This document shows positions 55,188 through 64,000 of a stretch of DNA of 64,000 nucleotides, piece after piece; position 1 is the stretch's first letter; each line of letters opens with the position of its first letter. Source of the DNA: an uncultured Negativicutes bacterium (GTDB lineage Bacteria > Bacillota > Negativicutes > JBAXTZ01); NCBI GenBank assembly GCA_963721525.1, contig CAVRJL010000015.1, forward strand, positions 157,890 to 221,889. Reading direction: 5' to 3'. Below the pieces are notes generated by a model. It saw only the letters and a program-made list of their open reading frames with translations, had not been told where the DNA came from and did not search any database. A program made the position numbers and the translations under genes.

Positions 55188-56240
55188 ATGACACTCGCAA
55201 TATTTTTATTTAGACAGGAAATTATAGAAAATCCAGCATTCTCGGATTTCGTAATGTATCTCTATTTTATTTCGTTGCTCATTCTCTTCGCATTCGGTGC
55301 ACACGGATTTGTGATGGTGTATCATTTATGAAACAGCGCGGCACTGCAAGCGTTCAACCGCCTCTGAAAGAGACACCCGTCGTGACGATACAGCTCCCGT
55401 TGTTCAACGAACTGTATGTTGCCGATCGCTGATCAGATGCAGTATGCGCGCTTGATTATCCCAAAGATAAATTGGAAGTGCAGGTGCTAGATGATTCGAC
55501 AGATACAGACGGTTAATTAGTGGAGACAGCTGTGATCGCGCTATCGTGCTCTCGGATATGACATAAAACATTTATGTCGATCATCTCGTTCTGGATATAA
55601 AGCGGGTGCCCTGAAATACGGACTCGAGACCGCGCGCGGTGAATTCATAGCGATCTTCGATGCAGACTTTATCCCCAATACGGATTTTCTTGAAAAAACT
55701 ATTCCTCATTTTTTCACCGACCCAAAAATCGGCGATCGTACAAACACGCTGGGAACATATAAACCACGAATTTCAATGCTTACCCGTGCACAGGCCTTTG
55801 CGCTTGACGGACACTTTGTTGTGGAACAAGATGTGCGCAACAAAGCGGGATTCTTCATTCAGTTTAATGGTACGGGAGGGGTTTGGCGCAAGGCAACCAT
55901 TCTTGATGCCGGAAATTGGCAATCAGATACATTGACGGAAGATTTAGATCTAAGTTACCGCGCACAACTTCGGGGGTGAAGGTTCAAATATCTCACCGAT
56001 GTCACCTCACCGGCTGAATTGCCTGCGGAAGTAAATGCTTTGAAGTCCCAACAATTTCGCTGGACGAAGGGAGCTATCGAAACTGCCACGCAAAATGATT
56101 CCAGAAGTATGGAAATCAAACATACCACTGCGTATTAAAATTCACTCAACATTTCATTTAACAAGTAATATTGTTTATCCATTTATTGTATTCGCTGGAA
56201 TATTGAACAATAGGTTCCAGCTTATTTTCATAAAACAACA
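55188..56240 (+). pseudogene. Family-2 processive beta-glycosyltransferase (cellulose-synthase-like), several stops/frameshifts, 3' end cut by a junction
   Basis: GT2 motifs are readable across frames: AGALKYGL, FIAIFDADF, FNGTGGVWRK, TEDLDLSYR and [11 protein letters not shown] (QxxRW). At least 5 frame disruptions occur between 55,330 and 56,100. Confidence 0.7.
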
Positions 56241-57825
56241 AGGAGCGATTCGCTTGGACCCGGTCTACCTCGGCGTGTCGATCAACGGCGTTCGCGCGGC
56301 CAGCGCCGAAAAGGCGTCCCGGGAATCCGCGTTGGACGTCTTCCCGTCCAACCTGGTCGCCTCGATGGAAGTGACCAAGGTGACGACGCCCGACATGGAG
56401 AGCGACGCCATCGGCAGCGTCAACGTGCTCACACACAACGGCCTCGAGCAGCAGGGGGCGTACGGAATGTTTTCCGCCGGGGGCAGCTATGCCAACCAGT
56501 TGCAGAAGACGGGCGGCTTTGCCGTGGCCGGCAACTACGGCGACACGATCATGAATGGCAAGCTCGCCTTTGCCGTCGGGTTGGCGGCGGACAAGCGCCT
56601 ATCCTCGACTTTCTCCGAACCGGAGACGACCGTCTGGTCGCAGCTCAAGTCGCCGACCGACGGCCAGATGCACTGGATTCTGGGCGGACAGGATTTTCGC
56701 GACTACGATTCGATGCGCGCCCGCCAGGGGGCGACCGTTTCCGTCGACTACAAATTCAGCGACACCAGCAAGGTCTGGGTCCGGCTGCTCAGCTGCGCCT
56801 ACCTCGAACGAAACGAGCAGTGGCTGACCACGTTCAACTTCGGCGCAGGCACCGTCCAGGCGCTCACCGACACGACGGCGTCGGTCACGCTTCCATCCAA
56901 GCAGATCCTGAAGTCGATGACGATGATCGTGAATAACAAGCGCTCGAGCTCCGCCGTCGGCGGATATGAGGGAAAATTCGGCGCCTTTACCGATGATTTC
57001 ACGACGGGTTACACAGCCGGCAAGTACACCCGGCCCTCCCTCCAGATCGCTTTCCAGAACACCGGCTCTACGGGTCTCACCTACAACCTCGCCAATCCGT
57101 ACGACAATGTCGTGACCCAGACCAGCGGGCCCGACATCGGCAACCCCGCCAATTATTCCCTGAGCACCAAGAGCGGCTACAGCAACACGACCTCCAACAT
57201 GCACGAGGAAACGGTGCGCGACGACCTGCGCTACGACTTCACGGCCGCGGGCCGGCCGGCCTACCTGAAGTTCGGAGTGGAATACCGCAACAAGAACAAC
57301 AATCTGGACACGTTCAAAGAGGGCATCACGGCGATCCCGTGGACGCTCAACAGCGGCACGATCTATCCCGGATATGACACTCGGACGAGCTTTGGGCATT
57401 TTGCGAATTTCCAAATCCGCCAGGAGCAGGTGGAGAGCTTCTACCAGACCCAAAGCCAGTACACCCAGGCGATGACGCCAGCGACCACCTATGGCGGCGC
57501 CTTCGTGGCGCTGGAGGACATTTCCTCCGCCTACGTCATGGGTGGCATGACCTTTGGCAAGCTAAAGGTCATGGCCGGCTCGCGTTTTGAGCACACGCAT
57601 TTCTGGATCGACGGCTGGCAGTACGATGCGACAACGGCGGTCGCGACGCCGGTCATCTACGTGAAGAATTATGACAACGCGCTGCCCTCCGTGGTCTTCA
57701 CGTACGAATTCACCCCGCAGACGATCGGGCGGGCATCCTGGAGCAACACGCTGGCGCGGCCGGATTACCAGGTGACCGCCCCGGGACGGGCGATCAACGA
57801 TTCTGCCCGCACGGTGTATGTCCTC
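56241..57825 (+). pseudogene. Internal fragment of a TonB-dependent outer-membrane receptor (both ends missing), high GC
   Basis: Plug-domain pattern: IRLDPVYLGVSINGVRAAS...ALDVFPSNLVASMEVTKVTTPDMESDAIGSVNVLT, followed by beta-barrel-like alternating sequence rich in Y/G/T/N. There is no start, TonB box, signal peptide or C-terminal aromatic residue. About 60-68% GC in sampled lines. Confidence 0.75.
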
Positions 57826-58507
57826 CAGTTCTTTTAATGAATGTACGATATAGGTGGGCCGGACTGTCGGGGGGATATGCAGGTGATCAATATAAACCTG
57901 GTCCATGCCCACATTCATTGCCCCAATAATATCCGCTTCCACATTGTCCCCGAGCATAATGCTTTCCTCTTTTAACGCACCGGTTTTCTGGAGCGCATAT
58001 TCAAAAATTTCCTTCTGTGGCTTTAGACTGTTGGAACTCTCCGAGGTGATTACTTCCCTAAAAAAATAATCCGAGCCCGGAACTTGCCAGTTTGTTATGC
58101 TGGGTTTTTTCAAAACCATTGGTTATCAGGTGAAGCTGGTAATTCTTTTGGGTCAGGTATTCCAGTATTTCTTTGGCATAGGGGAATAATATTTTTCGGG
58201 TAGGGAGGGATTCCAGGAAATACACCCCCATTTCCCTGGCCAGTGGTTCACTTCCTATTTTAAAATCCAGCAATGTGAGCCACATTCTTTTCCATCGGAG
58301 TTCCTCTGCCTTGATAAAACCATTTCGGTACCGATCCCAGAGTCTTTCATTGTGAGCCAGGTAATTTTTATGAAACCGGTCAAAATCATCCACCCCTTTT
58401 GACTGTAACTGCATCGTGTGATACAATTCCAGCAGGGTCTGCCTGCTGTTGGCTTCAAAATCCCAAAGCGTATGGTCCAAATCAAAAAAAAGGTGACGGT
58501 ATTTCAT
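57826..58507 (-). pseudogene. HAD-superfamily hydrolase (YjjG-like nucleotidase family), 1 frameshift, extreme 3' end cut by a junction
   Basis: Starts at the ATG at 58507: MKYRHLFFDLDHTLWDF (DxDxT motif)...LITNGFE. The frame shifts near 58,060-58,085, then continues REVITSESSNSLKPQKEIFEYAL...MLGDNVEADIIGAMNVGMDQVY. Confidence 0.75.
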
Positions 58508-58579
58508 GTGCACAATGTACGATCTTGAGGGAAGATTGTCATTTTTGTCCTTAACTTGCCAACGATAAAAAACGGGTCC

Positions 58580-59281
58580 ATGAATGTGATTATCACTGGG
58601 GCATCGAAAGGATTGGGCAAAGCAATGGCGGAATCCTTTGCCGCCCAGGGACATTCCCTGTTCCTTTGTGCGCGCAATGAATTTACCTTGTACCAGGCAA
58701 TGGAGGAACTGACCGTAAAGTATCCATCGGTCCGCATTAAAGCAAGGCCATTTGATCTCAGCAAAAAAGCAGATGCGGAAGCCTTTGGCGAATGGGTGTT
58801 GGCCTTCGGGGTTTCCATCGATGTGCTGATCAACAATGCGGGTAGCTTTGTCCCCGGAAATATCAGCAATGAACCATCCGGCGCCCTTCAGGAAATGCTG
58901 GAGGTGAATCTTTTTGCTGCTTATCATCTTACCCGGACGCTGCTCCCCGCCATGAAAAAACAACGGCAGGGCCACATTTTTAATATCTGTTCAATCGCTT
59001 CCCTGCAGGCCTATCCGAACGGGGGAGCCTACAGCATCAGCAAATTTGCACTGGCTGGTTTTTCCAAAAACCTGCGGGAAGAATTAAAGACGGATGCTAT
59101 TAAGGTAACCAGCGTTTACCCAGGGGCCGTATATACGGATTCCTGGTCGGGCAGCGGGGTAGACCCAAATCGGATCATGCGGGACACAGATGTGGCACAA
59201 ATGGTTTATTCCGCCTCCCAGTTGTCGCCGCAGGCGGATGTCGAGGAATTAGTAATGCGTCCACAACTGGGCGATCTTTAA
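58580..59281 (+). CDS. Short-chain dehydrogenase/reductase (SDR)
   Basis: MNVIITGASKGLGKA (TGxxxGxG), NNAG and YSISK (YxxxK) motifs. The internal Met at 58580 is preferred over the ORF start at 58556. Confidence 0.85.
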   Translation: MNVIITGASKGLGKAMAESFAAQGHSLFLCARNEFTLYQAMEELTVKYPSVRIKARPFDLSKKADAEAFGEWVLAFGVSIDVLINNAGSFVPGNISNEPSGALQEMLEVNLFAAYHLTRTLLPAMKKQRQGHIFNICSIASLQAYPNGGAYSISKFALAGFSKNLREELKTDAIKVTSVYPGAVYTDSWSGSGVDPNRIMRDTDVAQMVYSASQLSPQADVEELVMRPQLGDL

Positions 59282-59422
59282 TCCGGCCGGTATAGAGGAC
59301 AAACGATAAATCTTAACTGGTTTTTAACCCTATCAACCCAATGATCCGACCTTATCCCTGTTTAAATTTGCAATGAACGGCGCATGATTAGTGAAATGTA
59401 TCGGAAGGAACAAGTTAATTCC

Positions 59423-61289
59423 ATGAGTATCGAAAATTTTGTACGCAACAGTTTTATGGGTTTGATCATGGGTTTATCGCTGACAGGCGCAGCGATTGGA
59501 CAGGTCAAATTCACTACTGTGCTCAGCAGCAAGGAAATTGGGCACGGCGATTTGTTACAGGTGGAATTCATTGTCGAAAATGCAAATCAGATTGATAACC
59601 TGGTTCCTCCTTCCTTCCCGAATTTTAAGATAGCGGAAGGCCCCATCCAATCCAGTGGCATGAGTATCATTAATGGGAATACCTCTCAGTATAAGGGAGT
59701 CTCCTATGTTTTGCAGCCGCTAAAGCCAGGCAGGTTTACCATCGAAGGTGCCACGGCCAAAGTCGATGGTAAGCTGATGCACTCTAATACGGTTTCAGTT
59801 GTCGTGAGCACCGCCGCGACGGTGTCCCCGGTGCCTTCATCCATGCAACCCCTATGGCCGGGGGAGCCTGCCAGCCGGAGCAGGAATACATCCTAAAGCC
59901 TGGTGAAAAACTTTCGGAAAAGATTAAAAAAAATATTTTCGTACGGGTAGAAGCAGATAAAACAAGCTGTTATATCGGGGAACCGCTCGTCGTGACATAT
60001 AAATTATATTCCAGATTAAAATCAGAATCTAAAGTCACCAAAAGGCCTTCCCTGAATGGGTTCAGTGTCTATGATATGATGGAATCCTGCCAGCGATGCA
60101 CAGACTGTGGAGACGGTCCATGGCAAAACATTTGCCGTGCATGTTATCCGCAAGTCCCAGGTAATCCCCTTGCAGCCAGGAACGATTGCCCTGGACCCCG
60201 CGGAAGTGGACAACAAGGTTTATTTTGTGAAACAGTCTCAAGCCAGCAGAAAAAAGACGAGTCTGCTGGATGAACTCTTTGGCCAATCCATGGGGGACCC
60301 AGGGGAAGAAGTGACCCAAAACATCACCCTGCAAAGTCAGCCCCTTTCCATTACTGTAAAACCACTGCCAGAGTTAAACAAACCGGCCGACTTCAATGGA
60401 GCAGTGGGACATTATACCATCGAGGCCGGTATCGAGAACAGAAAAATAGCTGCGCGCGATGCAGGTACCCTGAAAGTGATACTACAGGGTACCGGGAACC
60501 TTCCTATCGTCAATGCCCCACAGGTAAACTGGCCGGACTCCATTGAAGCCTTTGATCCTACCGCCAAAGAAAAAGTGGACAATACGATAGCACCCCTGGC
60601 TGGTTCGAAAACCTTCGAGTATGTTTTTACGCCCCAAAAGCAGGGAAAGTATAAACTCGGACCTGTCGCTTTCTCCTATTTTGACCCTACCAGTGCGAGT
60701 TACAAAACCATCGAAAGCCAACCCCTGGATATCGAAGTGGAACCTGCTGCCATTCAAAAATCAGGGGTAATGGCCTCCATCGCAACCAAAGGGAGTAATT
60801 TCCGCCAATTATTCCAGCCTTACCTGGAATGGATACTCGCTGTGTTTGCCCTGTCTGTGCTGGCCTATTATCTCTGGAATACAAAATGCGCGGTTGCGCA
60901 AAGAGGATGCTCAGGCCAAACTGATCAGCAAGCCACCTCCATCCCTGGAGGAAAAACTGATTCCCACCGTTCTGCCCGAACCGGTGGATCCGTTTCTCAG
61001 GGCAAGGAGGATGCTTGCCCAATCTGATTTTAGTGGATTTTACCGGGAGTTCAGCCAGTCATGGGATACCCTGCGGGATGAGCTTAAGATACCCTCGAGC
61101 GAGTTAAATAAACAAAATATTGTAGCCGCCCTTTTGCAAAAGGGCTGGGATGGACAAACTATTTCTACCCTGCAAAAAATTCTAAATGATTGTGAGATGA
61201 ACCTATACTCCCAGAATCACAATGAAAACAATATGCAGCAGATGCTGGAGCAGGCAGAAACCATCTGCAATTGCTTAAAAATGGCCTGA
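59423..61289 (+). pseudogene. batD: BatD-family (aerotolerance-operon-type) protein, at least 3 frameshifts
   Basis: It has a signal/TM segment, then VKFTTVLSSKEIGHGDLLQVEFIVEN...PLKPGRFTIEGATAKVDGK. A second repeat reads IGEPLVVTYKLYSR and GHYTIEAGIENRKIAARDAGTLKVILQGTGNL, followed by a C-terminal TM helix and tail. The pieces lie in 4 successive ORFs (breaks at ~59,880, ~60,100 and ~60,885). Confidence 0.65.
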
Positions 61290-61303
61290 TCATGGCCTGA
61301 GGA

Positions 61304-62026
61304 TCATTCCGTGTATTTATAGCCGACCCCTCTCACGGAATGGAAAAATTTTGGCTTGCGGCTGTCTGCCTCAAAGTATTTTCTAAAACTTAAAATGAAG
61401 TTATCAATCGTTCTGGTAGTCGGATAAACATTATAGCCCCAAACCGCCTGGAGTATTTTTTCACGGGTCACCACCTCGTTTTTATTTTCAATCAGAAGTT
61501 TCAGGAGCATCGCTTCCTTTTTACTGAGCTGTATGCGTTGCCCTTTCTGGATGATCGCCTCCTGAGCCTTAAAATCAATGGTATTCTTTCCGAAACTGTA
61601 GGTGTCCCCCAGGGAATCTTTATCCTGTAGTTTTTTGTTTTTTTCTATGAGTTTATGCACCCGCAGGATGAGTTCTTCCAGATTAAAAGGTTTGGTAAGG
61701 TAATCATCCGCCCCTTTTTTCAAACCCAGGACCCGATCCGCCCCGGTATTTTTGGCGCTAAGCATCAAAATCGGCACTTCGTTATTCTGAACCCGTATAC
61801 TCTGCGTGACATCAATGCCATCCATTCCCGGCAGCATCACATCCATAATAATCAGGTCAAAATATTCCTGCTGGACAATCTTGATGGCCTGTGTGCCATC
61901 AAATGCTGAACTGACGGCGTAACCTTCCAGTTCCAGGTTCAGTTTCAGGGCCTCATGCAGGTTTTGCTCATCTTCAACCAGGAGGATAGAAATTTTATTT
62001 TGTTCGCTCATAGACGTGTGATCCAA
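61304..62026 (-). CDS. OmpR/PhoB-family response regulator
   Basis: 240-aa ORF with a receiver domain (ILLVEDE, DLIIMDVMLPGMDG, LSAK) and a winged-helix domain (VRGVGYKY). No histidine kinase is adjacent. Confidence 0.9.
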   Translation of the reverse strand: MDHTSMSEQNKISILLVEDEQNLHEALKLNLELEGYAVSSAFDGTQAIKIVQQEYFDLIIMDVMLPGMDGIDVTQSIRVQNNEVPILMLSAKNTGADRVLGLKKGADDYLTKPFNLEELILRVHKLIEKNKKLQDKDSLGDTYSFGKNTIDFKAQEAIIQKGQRIQLSKKEAMLLKLLIENKNEVVTREKILQAVWGYNVYPTTRTIDNFILSFRKYFEADSRKPKFFHSVRGVGYKYTE

Positions 62027-62255
62027 AGCTTATTTTATACAATGTCATGCAAAAATAATGGCTGGACCTGAATTTGCCGAAACCCTTCCCCCTTTTTGAC
62101 CCGGTATATATGGTAATGGGGGTAGGAATTGGCTCTGAATCACGGGTTTTTACGATGCCCGGATCCGATTTATACGAGGACCAAAAGATTTCTGCTTTTT
62201 AACTTGCACCGCAATTTTAACGCAGTAATTTCGTTATGTAATTCGTACCCTAAAA

Positions 62256-62384
62256 ATGAAAAACATGAAGAAAAATTTTGTATTAGCTATTGTGTTAATT
62301 TCTTTTTTGGCCGCCTGTAGCCGTTCTGTAACGCCTTACGAAGCCGCCAACAATCATTATGGACATTGCAGACCCGTGAGATAA
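62256..62384 (+). CDS. Small putative lipoprotein (42 aa)
   Basis: MKNMKKNFVLAIVLISFLAAC-SRS... has a lipobox LAAC. Found by reading the sequence; it is too short for the ORF track. Confidence 0.35.
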   Translation: MKNMKKNFVLAIVLISFLAACSRSVTPYEAANNHYGHCRPVR

Positions 62385-62498
62385 ATAGATAAATAAATGA
62401 TTGCGTCCTACGCACCTGTCAAATTTTTTAAGTGGTTGCTCTCAAACGGCAGCCATTTTTATTTTTAATCAGTACTTTTACCGCCTAATTCTCCGGGC

Positions 62499-62975
62499 AT
62501 GACGCTTCAGTTTACTTATGATAAAAAACAGGTCCTGGAAGGCCTTCGCAGTCATTTTTTTGGCAGGACCGAAATCAGGACCCTATTTATCATCACCAAT
62601 GTATTTGCCATTGTATCGGCGATTCTTTTTTATTTTAAGAAAATACAGCCCCTGTCTTTTCTGATTTTTTCTCTGCTTTGGTTTATGCTTTGGATTACCG
62701 TAAGGCGCATTTTGCCCTTAAGTATTTATAAAAGGTCGGAGACTTTCCAGGATTCCTTTATCCTGCATATTGAAGAAAATGGGTTGATTCTGCACAGCAG
62801 TAAAAACGAACAGGCCTGGCAATGGAGTGATTTTATGATGTATAAGGAAACCCTCCACTTCTTCTTACTCTATTTTGACGGGAAATCATTTTTTATGGTT
62901 CCCAAAGAGGCGTTTAAAGACCTCACCGAAATCCAGGCTGTACGGGAGCTCCTGCGTACAAAGATTACCAAATGA
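62499..62975 (+). CDS. YcxB-like membrane protein
   Basis: 158-aa ORF with two central TM helices followed by a C-terminal FFLLYFDGKSFFMVPKEAF pattern typical of the YcxB-like family. Confidence 0.6.
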   Translation: MTLQFTYDKKQVLEGLRSHFFGRTEIRTLFIITNVFAIVSAILFYFKKIQPLSFLIFSLLWFMLWITVRRILPLSIYKRSETFQDSFILHIEENGLILHSSKNEQAWQWSDFMMYKETLHFFLLYFDGKSFFMVPKEAFKDLTEIQAVRELLRTKITK

Positions 62976-63162
62976 TTAACTAAGATTGGTTCGATGGTTT
63001 AATTTCCCAATTACCCCGTTTCGGCGTATCTTGTGGCGTCAAATGCCATTAATCCTTTGGGGGATTATAAAAGATTCTGCAGATTTTTTTCTCAGCTTTT
63101 TTATGCGTTTGGCTGGATTAACTCAGTAAGACTGGTTAACGTTAACCGATAAAAAACGCTTT

Positions 63163-64000
63163 ATGTCTAAAATTTCTTTCAACAATAAAAGTCATGCTTT
63201 CTACGATACGCTAAAATATTCCGTTGATCAATATTTCAGCAATAATCACCTTAAAAAAACCGGGAACTGGAAGTTATATGCAAAGAGCAGCATCCTGATT
63301 CCGATGGCTATCGGAATCTATATCTCCCTGCTTGTTTTTTCGATGCCCGCTGCGCTTGGCATCGCCCTTTCCTGTCTGCTGGGTCTGGTTCTGGCGAGCA
63401 TTGGTTTCAATGTGATGCATGATGCATGCCACGGAAGTTATTCAAGCAAAGGCTGGGTGAATGAAATCATGGGGCTCAGCCTGAATGCGCTGGGAGGAAA
63501 CGCATTTATCTGGAAATTCAAGCACAATATCATCCACCATACCTATACCAATGTGGACGGCATTGATGATGACATAGCCAAAAGCCCGCTGATGCGTCAG
63601 TGCACGACCCAAAAATGGGTGCCTGCCCACCGGTTTCAACAATATTATGTGGTGTTGGTATATGCCATCTCCTCCTTTGCTTGGGTTACGATGATGGATT
63701 TTAATAAATATTTTAAGGGGAGGATACAAAGTATGCCCCTGCAGAAAATGAGTTTGAGAGAGCACTTTGTATTCTGGCTAAGCAAGGTTTTATACCTTTC
63801 CTTTTATGTAGTCATCCCGATTGCTGTGCTGGGCTGGAAGCCATGGGCAATAGGATTTGCCTGCATGCATCTTGCGTTGGGACTGACCCTGGCCATGGTA
63901 TTCCAGCTGGCTCATGTGGTCGAACATGCCGAATTTGAATATGTCGCCGAGAATGAACATAAGAAGATTGATGAAGAATGGGCTATTCATCAAATTAAGA
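63163..64000 (+). CDS. Membrane fatty-acid desaturase (acyl-lipid/acyl-CoA desaturase family), 3'-partial at the window end
   Basis: Open from the ATG at 63163 to the window edge, so it is absent from the ORF track. His boxes HDACH and HNIIHH have the correct spacing between TM segments. The third His box would lie beyond the window. Confidence 0.85.
   Translation, partial: MSKISFNNKSHAFYDTLKYSVDQYFSNNHLKKTGNWKLYAKSSILIPMAIGIYISLLVFSMPAALGIALSCLLGLVLASIGFNVMHDACHGSYSSKGWVNEIMGLSLNALGGNAFIWKFKHNIIHHTYTNVDGIDDDIAKSPLMRQCTTQKWVPAHRFQQYYVVLVYAISSFAWVTMMDFNKYFKGRIQSMPLQKMSLREHFVFWLSKVLYLSFYVVIPIAVLGWKPWAIGFACMHLALGLTLAMVFQLAHVVEHAEFEYVAENEHKKIDEEWAIHQIK

Noticed and set aside
56599-57453. 284-aa minus-strand ORF, plus the smaller ORFs at 56158..56436, 56555..56827 and 56799..57002
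   Set aside because: They lie in the 60-68% GC block, where stop codons are rare in all frames. Their composition is rich in Arg/Gly/Ala/Val/Pro, and they are antisense or out of frame to the clear TonB-receptor reading frame.
56095-57837. 580-aa ORF taken as a single protein
   Set aside because: It is an accidental in-frame fusion of the GT2 C-terminus, a TonB-receptor fragment and 6 antisense codons of the HAD gene, spanning two composition breakpoints.
58508-58975. N-terminal 156 codons of minus-strand ORF 58058..58975, and ORFs 58255..58485 and 58504..58869
   Set aside because: They are antisense to the well-supported SDR gene. The HAD hydrolase homology begins only at the internal Met at 58507 (MKYRHLFFDLDHT).

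Overview
The window is a composite of four compositionally unrelated blocks, and each boundary cuts through an ORF. GC values below are by-eye estimates from sampled lines.

- Block A (1 to ~51,660; roughly 25-32% GC) is almost entirely minus-strand. It carries housekeeping genes in Firmicutes-like synteny: murI-rph-rdgB, yggS-sepF, nrdDG, glyQS...dnaG-sigA-tRNA, rpsO-pnp, purAB, dut-rnc, acpP, ddl. It also carries the Gram-negative-type lplT-aas pair and pit.
- Block A shows gene decay: long ORF-free AT-rich spacers, an rdgB pseudogene, an nrdD with no glycyl-radical tail, and an rnc with no usable start codon.
- Inside block A, next to tRNA-Ser, is an 11-kb operon of visibly higher GC (26.0-36.9 kb). 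It encodes a UraA-type permease, DUF2877, FdrA, DUF1116, a cyclase-family hydrolase, a C-N hydrolase and a three-subunit xanthine-dehydrogenase-family molybdoenzyme. This is my best candidate for an undescribed system, possibly anaerobic N-heterocycle or pyrimidine catabolism.
- Block B (~51,666-56,240; ~45% GC) has FCB-group-like synteny: miaB, SPOR protein, sigma-54 activator, lptE-like, GT2. It is riddled with frameshifts and stops.
- Block C (~56,241-57,825; ~60-68% GC) is an internal TonB-dependent-receptor fragment.
- Block D (~57,826-64,000; ~40-47% GC) is Bacteroidota-like: HAD hydrolase, SDR, BatD, OmpR-type regulator, YcxB-like protein, fatty-acid desaturase. It also has some frameshifts.

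I found no CRISPR array, rRNA, integrase or transposase. The A/B/C/D joins look like assembly or concatenation artefacts rather than biology.
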